From assembly GCA_013265495.1 (NCBI GenBank), contig MU058844.1:11678184-11742183 (forward strand): a stretch of DNA of 64,000 nucleotides, given 5' to 3'. The notes under the pieces were generated by a model. It saw only the letters and a program-made list of their open reading frames with translations, had not been told where the DNA came from and searched no databases. A program made the position numbers and the translations under genes. This document shows positions 38,729-53,692 of this stretch, one piece after another (positions within the stretch are counted from its first letter, which is position 1; every line of letters begins with the position of its first letter). This DNA is from Vicugna vicugna (lineage: Eukaryota).

Positions 38729-41700
38729 CTGTATGAGGAGAAACAGAGAAATTGAATTAAAGAGATTCTTTGAACATGGAAAGAAAGTACAAACTTACAA
38801 GAAAACTATGAGTTAATGAAATGCAATTGGAACATGTATAAACATGAATAAAGGATAAATTAATTAGAAAATTATGATAATGCAACATATACACCATGAC
38901 CTTTGATTATGAACATACCATGAGATAAGGCAGGGTACCACTGGTAATAAAGTGTGTCATCCATGACTTTAAAATAATGGCTGTGTGATGTTATTAATAT
39001 TATTTTAAGTAGTATTATTCCATCTTATAGAAAATCCAACCTTTGTAAATGACAATGAAAACATCAGGAAAGCTAGTTTGACTTACATGAAAGATCTCTT
39101 TCTCAAAAAGGTTAAAATGAAAAAAAGGGTATGAAATGAGAATCAGTATTTTCTTTAATAGACTCTTCTAATATGCTGTTTTAATCTAAATATTATTTTG
39201 AAAACCAAATTATTAAAATATTTGGTTTTTACCTAATAATTTCTGGTTGACCTCTGTCCTAGACAGAAGGTTTTAAGGAAGTGATCAATACATGACGTTT
39301 CTGGAGAGAAAGATCTATGCAAAAATTGAGATTACATGGAGTTATTTTTCAAAAACAAACTGAACAACTAGTGATGACAATTTCTGGGCATTCTTGAATT
39401 ACAATTCTTGATGATTTTAAAAGTCAAAACCTTTGTCAAAAACACACCCAAAAGCATTATTTAAACCAAGTTGTGAGGAGCAATGGGTAATTTATAAACA
39501 AAATGAAGTTGTGTTTTAATTTAAACTGATTTCTAAATTTCCTAATGGTTCTGACATTAGTGTGCTGACGGATATAGTAAAACCCAGCAGACCTGGAACA
39601 TGTTCACGGGCCCTGTGATGGCCACGGATTGACGTCTGAGTGGAGAATCACTTTTCTGGTGAATTGTGAGGCTACGTGAACCCAGCTGCTGTGCACGCGC
39701 AGTTTCCAAGGCCTCCAAGGAAACAGGAACAGCATGGAGGTGTTGGGATCGGGGTGGAAGGGACATGGGGAGCCCTGCTGAGGCGGATCCAGGTGTTTTG
39801 CTGCCCAGCACAGGGTATTTCATCAAGAGAAGGATTGCTTAAGATGGTGACATGTTTCCTAAGTTAACTCTTCCTCAGTCTGGTGGGCAATGCAGGTCCT
39901 GGCTAGAGAGGAATAAATAAATTCTCATATCTAGACAGCTTTTCAGAGCACTTGTTTTTCACACTGGATATGTGGTATATTCTTACTTGTGTACAGTGCA
40001 CTGTCTCCTAACTGCACGAGGCACTGAGACAACTGGCCACAGCTGGCCAAACTACATCAGCAACCATCACATCAGAGAGCAACTGTAAACATAAAAACCA
40101 AAATGTTTCAAAGAAATGAGATACTAATTCAAAATTTAAATTTAAAATCACACAATGTGGAAAAAAAATCTGTGAACTTCCCGGTCTACTTTTTCAACCC
40201 AAGAATAAGAGAACTACCCAAAGGTTCACCACTAAGTCTTTTATTCTGTACCCTTCAAATTGAACACAAATAACAGCAGGAGAGATGCCAAACAGTGTAC
40301 ATGTGGGACTGAAGCCACCCCACTGAGTTTTCTTCCACAATTTTAAAGACGTATCATAATTTCTAGTATAGAAATGGAAAAACAACAACAAAATCTACAG
40401 AGGTTAATCAACTTGGCAAAAATCAATTTGGTTTCGTGGCCCATGTGGATTTTCTAATTGATAATGAGCAAATATTCTACTTCTTGCCTATATTTTTGTA
40501 CCAAGCCCTCCTACTTTCATGCTTTGAAACCTGGCTTCTGCCCTGTGATCCTCTTAATTGTGAAACTGTTATTTGAAGCACACAAGAGTTTTATAAAATT
40601 CTCACCATATTCTAATATCTTTGTATTTGCTCATGTTGTTCCTTCTGCCTTTCTCAATCTCTCTCGTTCATAACAAACACTAACAAACTCACTTGATTTG
40701 CCCACTATCATTCTTGTCCATCTTCTCTTTCCTTCACCAGACCCTCTTCCTTACCCATCTCCTAAAGACATGTTTTTTTCATATGCCATCTTTCCTCAAA
40801 CACTTGTATGCATTCTTTCATTTGATTCTTACCTAAATTTTCAAGTAAAATCTACTAGAAACTAGAATTAATGTCTGCATCATATTCCCTGTTATCAGTA
40901 TCAACTGAACAAAAGACTTATCCATTTCCATGACCTTCAAAATCAATTACCTCATGAAACGCACCATTTTTCTTTTTTCATCCCCTCTGAGTTCTAATCA
41001 GATCCTTTCTTTCATGTTTTAATTTCTGTTCACAGGATCATCATTTTCTTTAGGCTTTGGGGCTTGAAACTTCAACAGTCAACTCTTCCCTTTTCCTTCC
41101 TTTTAATTATTGTAGATGTGCAATCAATACCCTGCCATGCTGATTCGATGTCTACAAATTTATTCGCATCTGTGTTCTCCTTCAATTTTCAAATGTATCA
41201 CACTACCTCAAGCCCAACACTTTCCACAATGCCTCCCACTTCTTTTATTTTTCTTAATTTTTTACCTGACTCTGGCTCCCCATGTAGGAGAAATGCATTT
41301 TTTCACACAGTGCTTGTAATACCATTTCCCTAGCTTCAGATTTACAAACAGACTCTAACAAAGCAGGTAAGAAGGTTCAGCTAATGCAGCTTATTAGTGA
41401 AATAGACACAAGGGACATGTAGACACAGCTCTGAGGCAAGTGGGAGCAGATAAATGGAGTGAGAACACCAGTAAACTAAGGATTTGCAGACATCTGGTTG
41501 GAAGATTTTGTATTATTTTCCTGAAATGTTGTCATATGAAATTCCCTCAAGCTAATGGGTGGCAAAAAGCATCAGAAACAAAAGTAAAAAAATAAATAAA
41601 TATTTTGAGACTCGCTGTGGGTTCTACTAAAGGAAGTATCTGCTCATCTATCTAATAAAATAAAGTATCAAGGGGGAATGCTTTTTATTTCCCCTAACGT

Positions 41701-41929
41701 GAAAGGGAAGAGGAGATTAGAGACAGTCAGTAAAAAAAAAAAAAAAAAAAAAAAAGGATGAAACTCATCTGGTGTTCAATACACAGAAGGATCCAAACTG
41801 TCAGAACTACCTAATTCAGCTTCAGTGAAAATCCCCATGTGGAACTGTAATGTCTACTTATTATAGGGAAAGAAAGCTTCTCTAAATAAACAGGTCCTGA
41901 ATTGCGATTACCTATTTTTATTAGCCACC

Positions 41930-42090
41930 AAAGTCCCAAAGTGTTGTCCACAGACCAATAAAATTGGCATCACCTGGCCCTTGTTAGAAATGCTGAATCT
42001 TAGGTCTCATCCCAAATTTACTGAATCAGAATCTGCATTTTAACAGGATTCCTATGCAAAATAAAATTGTAGAAGCTGTGCTCTATAGAA
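41930..42090. mobile_element. MER5-like DNA transposon remnant
   Basis: ggcatcacctgg...cttgttagaaatgctgaatctt...tactgaatcagaatctgcattttaacaggatt. Confidence 0.7.
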
Positions 42091-42559
42091 TATCCACAAA
42101 CGTTTAATCTTGGAAGAAAAAACACATTTTTCCAAAGTCAAAGAGTGCAATCTATACATTTCAAATTATGCCTCATTTTCTGTCCTTCTGCTGCTTTAGA
42201 TACTGTTGACATCCTCCTTCTTGTAGAAATCCTCACCTCACTTAGCTTTCTCAATGCAACGCTCTCTCTCGAACTGCTCTTCCACCTTCTCAGATACAGA
42301 TCCACTCACTATCCCTACCTCCTACATTTTGTACCATGGCCATGGATATTTTCAAAAGCATAATCCTAGGCATCAGATAATCTATTCCTCTATTCTTTTT
42401 ATATCAAATCTTCATTCTATACTTCAATCTCAATTCTAAACTCAGAGGCTCTTTAGTAAATATCTCGATGTCTCCTAGATCAATCAGCTACATTTCTCCC
42501 AGATATCCCCAAAATCTTCAAGCCTTAACGCATTCTTCTTCTTTCAATCATCCCCTCTC

Positions 42560-44108
42560 AATAACTCTCCCAGACTTCAGACAATACTATAGAGCTACAA
42601 GTAATCAAGACAGCATGGTATTGGTACAAAAACAGAAAAAAAAGACTGATGGAACAGAATAGAGAGCCCAGAAATGAACCCACAAACTTTTGGTCAACTA
42701 ATCTTCGACAAAGGAGGCAAGAATATACAATGGAATAAAGACAGTCTCTTCAGCAAATGGTGTTGGGAAAGCTGGACAACAGAATGTTAATCAGTGAAGC
42801 TAGAACACTCCCTTACACCATACACAAAAATCAACTCAAAATGGATCAAAGACTTAAACATAATACAAGATACAGTAAACCTCCTAGAAGAAAATATAGG
42901 CAAAACATCTCACGTACATCTCAAAAATGTTCTCCTAGGGCAGTCTATCCAAGCAATAGAAATAAAAGCAAGAATAAACAAATGGGACCTAATTAAACTT
43001 ACAAGCTTCTGTACAGCAAATTAAACCATAAATAAAACAAAATGACAACCTACAGAATGGGAGAAAATTTTTGCAAAAGATGAAACTGACAAAGGCTTGA
43101 TCTTCAGAATATATAAGCAGCTCATATGACTTAATGAGATAAAAACAAACAACCCAATCCAAAAATGAGCAGAAGACCTAAATAAGCAATTCTCCAAGGA
43201 AGACATACAAATGATCAATAGGTGCATGAAAAAATGCTCAGTATCACTAATTACCAGAGAAATGCAAATCAAAACAAAACCAGTCAGAATGGCCATCATT
43301 CAAAAGTCCACAAATGGTAAATGCTGGAGAGGCTGTGGAGAAAAGGGAACACTCCAACACTGCTGGTGGGAATGCAGTTTGGTGCAGCCACTGTGGAAAA
43401 CAGTATGGTGATTCCTCAAAAGACTAGGAATAGATTTACCGTAAGACCCAGGAATCCCGCTCCTGGGCATATATCCAGAAGGGACCCTACTTTAAAATGA
43501 CACCTGCACCCCAATGTTCATAGCAGCACTATTTACAATAGCCAAGACATGGAAACAGCCTAAATGTCCATCAACAGATGACTGGAGTAAAGAAGATGTG
43601 GTATATTTATACAATGGAATACTATTCAGCCATAAAAACCGACAACATAACGCCATTTGCAGCAACATGGATGTCCCTGGAGAATCTCATTCTAAGTGAA
43701 GCCAGAAAGAGAAAGAAAAATACCATATGAGATCGCTCATATGTGAAATCTAACAAAACAAAACAAAACAAAACAAAAACAAAAGAAAAAACCACAACAT
43801 AAATACAAAACAGAAACAGACTCATAGACACAGAATACAAACTTGTGGTTGCCAAGGGGGAGGGGGTGGGAAGGGATAGACTGGGAGTTCAAAATTTGTA
43901 CATACTGACAGACATATGTAGAATAGGTAAACAAGATTATACTGTATAGCACACAGAAATATATATAAGATCTTGTGGTAGCTCACAGTGAAAAAAGTGT
44001 GACGATAAAAATATGTATGTGCACGTATAACTGAAAAATTGTGCTCTACACTGGAACTTGACACAACATTGTAAAATGACTATAACTCAATAAAAAAATG
44101 TTTAAAAA
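42560..44108 (+). mobile_element. 5'-truncated L1 (about 1.55 kb; disrupted ORF2 C-terminus plus 3' UTR and A-tail) with 14-bp TSD
   Basis: ORF-track fragments [47 protein letters not shown] and MFIAALFTIAKTWKQPKCPS are hallmark L1 ORF2 peptides. Perfect direct repeat aatcatcccctctc at 42546-42559 and 44109-44122. Confidence 0.96.
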
Positions 44109-47100
44109 AATCATCCCCTCTCTTTTTGACTTTGCTATTTAAACATCGTGTCACCAACATTTTCTTCCCTTTAAACAAAAAGTTGTCTTGAGGATGACCC
44201 ACTCCTCTTTTACTTCTGTGTCATTTCTCCGAAGGACTCTAACAATGCCTCTCCACTAGTCTCTTTGTTATCAGTCCATTTTTACTTTCAGTCAAATCTC
44301 ATCACTCTTCTCCCGGTCAACAGAATGAACTTTCCCCAGAAAGAATGGATATCAATCTCTTCCTTTGAAATGGCTGTTGACTCGCCATTGTCTGCAGGAT
44401 AAAGTCCAAGCTCTGTGATCTGGCCCACAGAGGGCTTCTGGGTGTTGTCTCAGACTCTCTACAGCTTCATTTCCTAGGCACGTCCTCCACCCCATGTTCT
44501 GCACTGCCACCACACCTATGCCCGTTGCCTGGGGCCTCTATTCCCATAGGTCCACAGCTTTTCTAGTGGTTTCCTTCATCTGAAACACCATTGCTTCTCT
44601 TCCCCCCACACTGTGAAATCTTACTTCTATTTCAAAATCCTGCTTGAATGTCTCCTTCTTGTTGAGGCATTCCCCAAGCCTTCCAGAGTGAGTTCTGTCC
44701 CAGGTCTTTATTCCTGTCTAAGTATTAGGTTCATATGGGAATTTATCAGGGTAAATGTCTTTCTCCTCAACAGACTGCATTGCTTGCCAGGACAGGAATT
44801 ACAGTACATTTGTTTTTGCATTCTCAGGTCCTATCACGGGGTTCAACACAAAATAACTGTCTGCTCTTTACTGGGTAGTATTACTTACATAACAAGGGCA
44901 TGTTAATTACAACCTTTTAACCAAGGGAAGTTGTTTGAAGAATGGAATTATCAGAAGTATACTAAAGGAGGGAACGAAATGACACATCTTCATTGTGTCC
45001 TTATTAAGTGACAGACAGTTTATGTTTAGTCTCTCATTTATTCCTCACAATGGGCCTGCAAAGGTGATACTCTATTGCTGACTGTACATACTGCTGACTG
45101 AAAAATATGAAACTGAAGGCTTTAAACATTCACTCATTTGTACAAGTTACACATCTTATAAATAACAGTACCGAAACTTAAACTTTCATCTGTTGGATTC
45201 TATAAGCTGTACTGGGTTCTTGTAAACCATATCATTTTCTTGCAAATTACAACTTGGAGTATTCTAGTGCTTCTTTTGTGATTAATTCATTATCCTTTGG
45301 ATTTGTGAATATCTCTAAGACATTAATAATAACTTTTTATTGCCTTCAGAGTATCGTCTCTTCTAGTCTCAAATAAATTTACTTTCAACAGATACTCTTC
45401 AGCACTCAGAGAATATGAAATAATTTCATTCAATAGGTTACTTTATGGAGAAATCTGAAATAGGCAGTGAAACAAATTTTAAATAGTAAGATACTTTTAG
45501 TAACCAAGCAGCTCTCCTCAAAAATCTTCCAAGTAAACACTACCTTTTAAATGTTTAAGCCACATTTTAGGAAGAGCTGGCAAAGACGGCACGTTATTTT
45601 TAAGTTGCCACTCTGCTCATTGCACACATGACTGACTAATCAAGCAAACACACTTTTCTGCTGAGCCTTGTGGCAGCCTCAGAACCTCGGCCAGGATTCC
45701 AGCAACGCTTATTAATCAAAAGACTTAGAATGAAAATAAAAACTTGCTTGCATCTCTTCCTTATGCTCTCATTCAATGCATTGTTAAGAAGATTTTAAGT
45801 GGTTCAGGGTTGGATTCTTATAGAAGGTTCTGTTTCTTCTGCAGTTATCCTAGTAGTGAACCTCCATGCAGAAGTAAAAATTACATAATCTTCTCCCTTA
45901 GCTTTCATCTTGAAACATCACGTTGGACCCGGATATAAAGGACATGTGTATCATTAAAAATCACCAAAACTTAGTATCCAAGCCTCACATTTCTATCATT
46001 CTTTATCTCCATTGGCTACTATCAGGCAAAAATCTCAGTCAAGACAGTTAATACTTCAATTGTCTTAACTGGTGTTTAATTCCCCTGATAATGAAAATAT
46101 TCTTTCAATGTCTACTATTGGCCCAGATAAGAACCTGGAAAGCCACAGCGACTTGCTAAGAGACTGAACCTTTGTCTCGATGGCAGCGGAAAATATCAAA
46201 AGGTTTAAATTGCAAAATAAATGGGAAATTCTCAGGTTAGTGACATCCTTTTCCTGAGACATGTAAAGGAGGAATTAGAGGATGAAGGAGGTTGGGATAT
46301 TTAGCAAGCCTGGAACCAGGAGACCATGTAGGAACTCACTGCTCTAATTCAGGAAAGATCTGATGAGGGCGTGAATGGAGGCAGAGGCACAGGAAATAAG
46401 TACATGATTAATGAGAGAAGTTATAATTATGGACATTGGAATTAAAGAGAAAAATCCAAGATGGCTCCTGGACCTCTGGCTTGAGCTGCACAAGATGGTT
46501 ACGTAAGAGTAGAGATGCAGAAAAAAGAGATGTAACAGCCCTGGTACAGTTTACAAGGAGAAAAAAATCAACACTCTTACTTGTAAGTGATGACACTAGT
46601 CACAAGGTGAATGAAGTAACAGGAAACACTAGGACGATGGGTACTCACAGGTGAGTAATCCCCCTCCACAGTAGAAAGATCACTTTATGATCTGATTATA
46701 ACAGTTCTCTTCTAAAATGTACAGCACTTATGGATGTTGAATAAATGAATAAATAAGACATTGACTTCACACTCCTAAGGTTTTTAAAGTGGCAAAGAGA
46801 CATAGATATTGAGAAATTTCATTTAGTTTTGGGTTCCAGTTATTCTAATAAGCATACATTCATTGATGTAATCAACCAATTAAAAACCCATTACAAAGGC
46901 TTTTATTGGCCACCGACATGTTTTGGCATTTTGCTAGAAAGATTTAATTTGGGCAAATTAGGTTTAAACATGAAGGGATGACCATTTCACTGTGAGAAGT
47001 ATAACCCTTAAAACCACATCTGCTAACTCAAAACCCTTCCTAAGAAGTATAATTAGATATTTAATGGAAACTGAACTGACTTCAAGCTTGGAAGGAGGAA

Positions 47101-50100
47101 CACAAAAATATTAGGCAAATGTGCAAAAAGTGCACTTCATTCCATTATTTATTTTCTGTGAATTATTAAACTGAAATCTAACACACTTCTACTTTCACTT
47201 TCTCCTTGACCAAGTCATGGCAGCTTCCTGAACGTGAAATGGCATTTTCACGTTTCATGTTTCACTTGAATGGGTTCTTACACTCTGCTAGCTGAGTTAG
47301 CATCCTTTATTGAATCACCTGTTTAAATGTCTAGGTCTTCTTTTAGGTGATGAGCAATTTGAAAGGTTAAAGCATCATCATATTATTGCTGCACATCTAG
47401 TATCTCTTTGCACATAGTGGAGGCTGAATCTTTCTTTGTTGAAAGGTCACATCTGATCTTTCAAATCACCAACGAAAAAGAACACTGTGCTCTAAGGTAA
47501 TATATGAAAGATCATTAGAACAATACTGGTTTTCATTAAGCTGTATGGTGTTCATCAACTATGCCCAGCTGAAGAGTGACTGCTTCATTAAAACATAAAA
47601 ATAAGGCACGAAACAGTAACTTTTTAAATGATTGTACTTAATATAAATATAATTGAATGAACTGTTTTTCAGAGCAATTTTTCATATTACGTAGGTTTTA
47701 CAGCTCCTCGTCTATATTACAATTATTTTGCAGAAATTATTTTAGAATCAACCATGTTTCCTCCCTCCAGTCTTGTAATCACACAAATATGAGTGGAGAT
47801 CCCTACACAGAATCCTTCTACAGCCAGACATTTAGTTCCCCCAATTCACAAAGAAAGAGAAAAAAATGCTTAATCATAACATCACATTTGTTCCATAAAC
47901 ACTATTTCCAAGAACCGAGGAGGGATACAAAGAAACAAATTACAGAATATGAGATAAGAAATTTCTCGGGCGTAAGTTTTAGTGGAAAATTTTTACCTCC
48001 CAATTTTACTTTTATAAGATGGTATCATGTTAAGAAGGCAGGAATTATCTCCTTTCAAATTAAAGTGGCTTGAGAGAAAACTAGGAATAAATTACCCAAG
48101 ATGTATTATAATTAAATACGTTGGAAGAAAGTCTTAACTAAGGATTTTCACACTAAATAACAAACATTGAAGACAGTAAAGCACATTGACTAACATTCTT
48201 AAGACTGAGATAGACTGAAATATATTTCTTTATATATTCTATGATAGCTAAGGATAGAAATAAAATCATATCTTCACAACTAAGATTTAAAGGAAAAAAT
48301 TCCTTAAACCAAATTCTTCCTTTAGTATACATCATTTCCCTTCTGTAGGATCCTTGGGCAATGTTATAAAATGATAACTGCCAAGCTACTAGCTCTAAAA
48401 AAGAAGAAAGTGTCCAGCCACTTCTGCAAAGTATCTTGTGTACTTCAAAATCATATACATTCCTTCAAAAATATTTAAGACATTTTGTAACAACTATACT
48501 TATATCAGGGTATGTGAGAAAAATATTTTGTCCCTATCCTTCAATTTTGCAGAGACTTCACTAAAAACAGTTATTGCCAAATCCATAAATGAGTCAGAAA
48601 CTTCGTCTTCACCCACATGTGTTTCTTCTTAGTAGCTGGGTGGCTGAAATATCACCCTGATTACATGTGAGACAGGTTACTGTGATAACTTATCCCATTA
48701 GTGAAATGTGGTATGTAAATATATTGTAACCTCTATCTTATCTTAAATTTCAACTGACAGTTAATGAGGCCACCTCCATGGTTTGCTTTTGTGGGCTCTC
48801 AAAACAGTAACTGAGGAGGGAGATGCCTGGGTAAGATATTACTGCATCAAAGTCTCTTAGGAATGCAGGACTTCAAGATAAAGGAGAACTCAGGAAACCA
48901 GGCTCATATTTCTCCCCCAGTGTTACCGTAAATTAGATCTTCCGCCCTGCTTTTACTTACATGTAGGTCAAACACTATGCTGTGTGGTGGAGCTTTTCCA
49001 TTTATGACTTTCATTTTGGGTTCAAATTACACTGCAATGCATCCAGTGTTTCATTCCAGAAGTTTGTTTTAATGAAACCACCTTAAAAAAAAATTGGACC
49101 CAGAATACTGGTAGACAAAACTATTTTCTAAACTGAAAATTTCAACACACTTTGGACAAGACTACCCTGATTAGTGAAGAATCTGGGTCATTTAATACTT
49201 CTGAAGATGTAAAAAGTATTGTTGAAAACACAGACTATGTTAACAAGCTATTTCTTCATACACATGTTCATGGAAATGACCTTTCGCTACTATACTTATA
49301 TAATCATCATATAAATGAATGTCTAGAAGATGTATGAGAAAGTCTGTTTTAGACAGTTCCTTATAATTGGGTTAATCTCGATTTACTGCAAAGCAAATGT
49401 AACCATCAAGACTAACTCAGCTGCAAAAACGTGCAAGTCCCCCAAATCCAGTTCTATGCTCACCCTGTCATTTCCTGATGATTTGGTTTTCCATGCAGAT
49501 CTGACAACAGGAAAATATTCAAGTCATATTAACATGATAATTAGGGTTTTTATAACAGTTGCATTCTCTATTGTAAGTCAACAACTTGAATCTTTGTGAA
49601 AGAGTTTTTAGTGGAAAACAGAGTAATACATAATAATTTCATATGGTATCAAATTGCAGATATAATCAAGCCTACATTATCAGTGCTCTGTTTGACAAGA
49701 GAGCGCCCCATAAATACTAAAAATAATATAGAACCAAATAATTTCTAGTGCTTGGGAGACAATGTTCATAGAATATATAAACAAGATATCAAGATGTCCT
49801 CAAGTAAAATGTTAGAGCAATAAATCACAAATCAGTTACTCTGAGTCACTGCTCTGTGATACATGAGTCATGTATTTGGTACTTAAAAGACCAAATTATG
49901 AAACATTGGCTCACCATTGCTTTTACCTAGACATTTATGTCAGAGAGCACCAGTCTTACATTCTGTCAACTAAGAATCAGTCTAATACTTTAAAATATAT
50001 ATTATATTCTCACAACTCCCTTCAAAAGATAGAGTATAATTACAATGTTGTCAGTTTCTGTCTGGAGAAATTAAGCTCAGTTAATTGATTCTTATTTTGT

Positions 50101-50611
50101 TAAAGAAAAAATAAAGTTATCAGAATGAAGAATGATTCTGCGATGAATGTGATGCCATTAGCACGTTGATAAAGGAATAACTAAGGCTTAAATTCACAAC
50201 ATCAAAGGATAATCTGATAGAGAAAAGCGCCCATCAATGAACAGGCAACTTCAACAGATTTTGGAAACTGGAAGTATATGGAGCTATTGCTCCGCACATA
50301 GCAAGGGAAGCCTCATCCTGCTATACACAGGAAGAGGGGATCCCACCTACAAGACTAAGGGAATTAGGAAACTGCAGATAAAATGAAGGGGATACAAAAA
50401 GAGGGAAATTAATCAAATCTCCATGTCAGTTACTACTGATGACCACTCTATGGCCAGTCATAAACAAATCAATGACTTGGCCATCCAAACAGACAAGAAG
50501 CAATTTTAACTATAATAACTGAATAATTTCAGAGAAAAGATTCTGGCAGAGGGGTCCCTCAGTTTACCTGTACTGATATTCCTCTAAAGCATCATTAAAT
50601 GAGCTCAGGCT

Positions 50612-51385
50612 CTTTTTTTTAATAGAAGTGTAGTTTATATAGAATATTATGTAAGTTTCAGGTGTACAACATACTGATTCATATCTTTAAAGATTATATT
50701 CCATTTATAGTTATTATAAAATATTGACTACACTCAATGTGTTGTACAATATATCCTTGTAGCTTATTTATTTTATACATGGTAGCTCATACCTCTTACT
50801 CCCCTACCCTTATCCTTCTGTTTCCTTCCCTCCTCCCCTCACAGGTAACCACTAGTTTGTCCACTACATCTGTGAGTCTGTTTCTTTTTTTGTTGCTGTT
50901 GTTATATTCACTAGTTTGTTTTATTTTTTAGATTCCATGTATAAATGGTATTACACAGTATTTGTCTTTCTCTGCCTGACTTATTTCACTTAGCATAATG
51001 ACCTCCAAGTCCTTTCACGTTGTTGCAAATGGCAAAATTTCATTCTTTTTTATGGCTAAGTAGTATTTTATCTTCTTTATCCACTTATCTGTTGATGGAC
51101 ACTTAGGTTGTTTCCATATTGTGGCAATTATTTTAAAAATGTTTCTATGAACACTGGGGTGCATGTATCATTTTGAATTAGTATTCTTGTTTTTTTCAGA
51201 TATATACCCAAGAGTGGAATTGCTGGGTCATACAGTAGTGCTATTTTTAGGTTTTGAGAAACCTCCATAATGTTTTCCATAGTGGTGGCACTAATTTACA
51301 TTCCCACCAACAGTGGACAATACAAGGGCTCCCTTTCTCTACTTCCTCACTAACATTTGTTATTTGTGGTCTTTTAGATGATAGT
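50612..51385 (-). mobile_element. 5'-truncated L1 (ORF2 end plus 3' UTR), same orientation as NAV3
   Basis: Poly-T start, gtttcaggtgtacaacat, gacttatttcacttagcataatg, gttgatggacacttaggttg and aatttacattcccaccaacagtg match reverse-complement L1 3' sequence. Confidence 0.9.
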
Positions 51386-52279
51386 CTGGCCTGTTACCTA
51401 TCACTTATACTTACATGCAAACAAATACCAACTTTCAATAGACATTCAAGGAAGGCTTTACATAAGAAAGAATCAGAGTATGTCTTGATTCATGTTTATA
51501 ATAGCCATTAGATAAGTACTGCACTGGTTTTAAAACTTTTGGACTCGATCTATACTAAGACACATGGAAGAATCATGTGTACACAATAGAATGTAAATTG
51601 TATGAATTTTACTTTTAAAAAAGTCAAAGTGCAAATGACAGAGGTTGGGAATTGTTAGTGGCTGGGAGAGAACTGAACAGAAGGGCTAATGTTCATGTTT
51701 TACAAAAGAGAATGCTGAAAGATATTCCACAGTTGATGGAAAAAGAACTAGAGATGTTATTTCATTATTTATTTAAAGTTACAAAGATAACAAATGAAAG
51801 AACTAAAACGAGTGGGATTTAACTATGTTAGTATCACTCCTATAAAGGCCTGTATTCACTACCGATCTGTGTTTACTATCTCTGATTCCTTCCTCCTGTT
51901 TTCCATTGAACAGATTCCAATCAAGGTATCACAGCAACTACTCTACTGGAAAAGCTCTCATCGAAGTCTCCAGGGCAGAACCCATGGGCTGTATCTCGGG
52001 ACTCATCCTGCTTACGCACAACATTTGATGCAGCTGAGGTCCTACAGGTAGGTAGGTAATGGTTAGAAACACAAACCCTGTAGTAGCCAGATCACCTAAA
52101 TTCAACTTATAGATTAGTCACCATAAAAGTTTGTGAAATTTAACTGGCCTTTCCATTTTCAGTTTCTCTATTTGAAAAGTAGGGTTAGTAATAGTACATA
52201 GGTCCCAGGGTGGTTGTGTGGGTTGAAAGAATGAATATGAATAAAAAACACAGTCGGGACTCCATGTGAATTATTACTA

Positions 52280-53465
52280 CTAATCCCTCCCTTCTAATTG
52301 CAACACTTCCTTCACTTGCCTTCTAAGAAAACAGGTTCTGGTTTCCTTCCTACTTCACAGGCTGTCTCTTTTTAGTCTTCTCTACCAGGTCTTAATATCA
52401 CCTGGATCTCTAAATATTGGTGGACTCATGACCCCAGTACTCAGCCCTCTTCTCTTCATCTATACAAAGATTTTGATGATACTGTCATATATAGTCTTAC
52501 AGTTTTTATAATTTCTATATGCTTATATCACCAGAATCTTTGTCTATAGTCTACACCTGTCCCTCACACTGCAGTCTTGCATTTCCACTTGCCTCCTTAA
52601 TTTCTCCACTTAGACACACTTAGTAGACATTTCAAAATTGAAATGTCATAAGTGAATATCTGATCTTCTCCATACCAAACCTGCTTTTCCCACATTTTTT
52701 CCATTTCAGTAGATGGAAACACCATCTTCCCAAAAAAGTCTTCTGTCTGTTTTCCAATCCCACCGCAAATCTGTCAGCTTTCTATTGATACTGCCTTCAA
52801 AATATATTTGAAATTGATTCTCCTCTCTCCACTTTCACTATGGTGGCCCAAGCTTTTCTACGTGACTCCTTGCTTGTACCTTTTTCTCACCACCATCTAT
52901 TCTCAACAGAGAAGGTAGAGAGACCCTTTGATTTTTATACCTGTTTATTTTTCTCCTATGGTATTTTGTAGTTTCCAGTCTTTCCTGGAATAAAATCCAA
53001 AGCCCTTACAACGGTAACAGAGTCATACTAGTGTCCACCTGCTCTTCCTCTGAAATGTTTTCTACTCTTTTTCTACCTCCTTCCCTCTGATCTCGCCCTT
53101 GAAATAAACCAAACAGACTCCTAACTTAAGGTCTTCACCACTGTCATTCTGTAACCTGAAACTACTTACAGGATAACCACACGGCTAGATCTATCACCTC
53201 TTTGCACAAAATCATCTCAGTGAGAACTTCCTCAAAGGCCTGTTGAAGTTTGTAGAACTATAGCTCCTACACATCTTATTTCCCAGTTTCTGATTTATGC
53301 TTCTTTACCATCAGCTGGCCCAACTACTGGTCTATATTTAATTTTTTAACTGTTTGTCTATCACTAGAATGTAAGCTTGAAAAGGCCAAGGATTCTTTCA
53401 TCGCTTTTGCCCTCTGCTATATCTCCAATGTTCAGAAGAGTGCCTGGGACAAACTAAGTGCTTAA
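52280..53465 (+). mobile_element. L2 LINE remnant
   Basis: Long pyrimidine-rich L2-like body ending cactagaatgtaagctt...agagtgcctgggacaaactaagtgcttaat. Confidence 0.7.
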
Positions 53466-53552
53466 TTACCCCTGTGGAGTATATTAATGGGGGCTGGGGG
53501 AGGGCATAAACCAAAAGGTAATGACCAAATTAATGAATAAAAAGTTAGTGGT

Positions 53553-53692
53553 GGTGGAGAGGGTATAGCTCAAGTGGTAGAGTGCATGCTTAGTATGCAC
53601 GAGGTCCTGGGGTCAATCCCTAGTACCTTCTCTAAATATAGATGAATAAATAAATAAACAAACCTTAATACTTCCCCCTCAAAAAAAATTTT
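53553..53692 (+). mobile_element. tRNA-derived SINE of camelid type (Vic-1-like) with 14-bp TSD
   Basis: gagggtatagctcaagtggtagagtgcatgcttagtatgcacgaggtcctggggtcaatccctagtacc with A-box and degenerate B-box, followed by an A-rich tail. TSD aaaaagttagtggt at 53539-53552 and 53693-53706. Confidence 0.88.

Noticed and set aside
42468..44064. Cluster of ORFs suggesting a host gene
   Set aside because: They are frameshifted fragments of L1 ORF2 and their antisense shadows.
53556..53630. Apparent tRNA gene
   Set aside because: Degenerate B-box, A-rich tail and target-site duplication identify it as a SINE copy.
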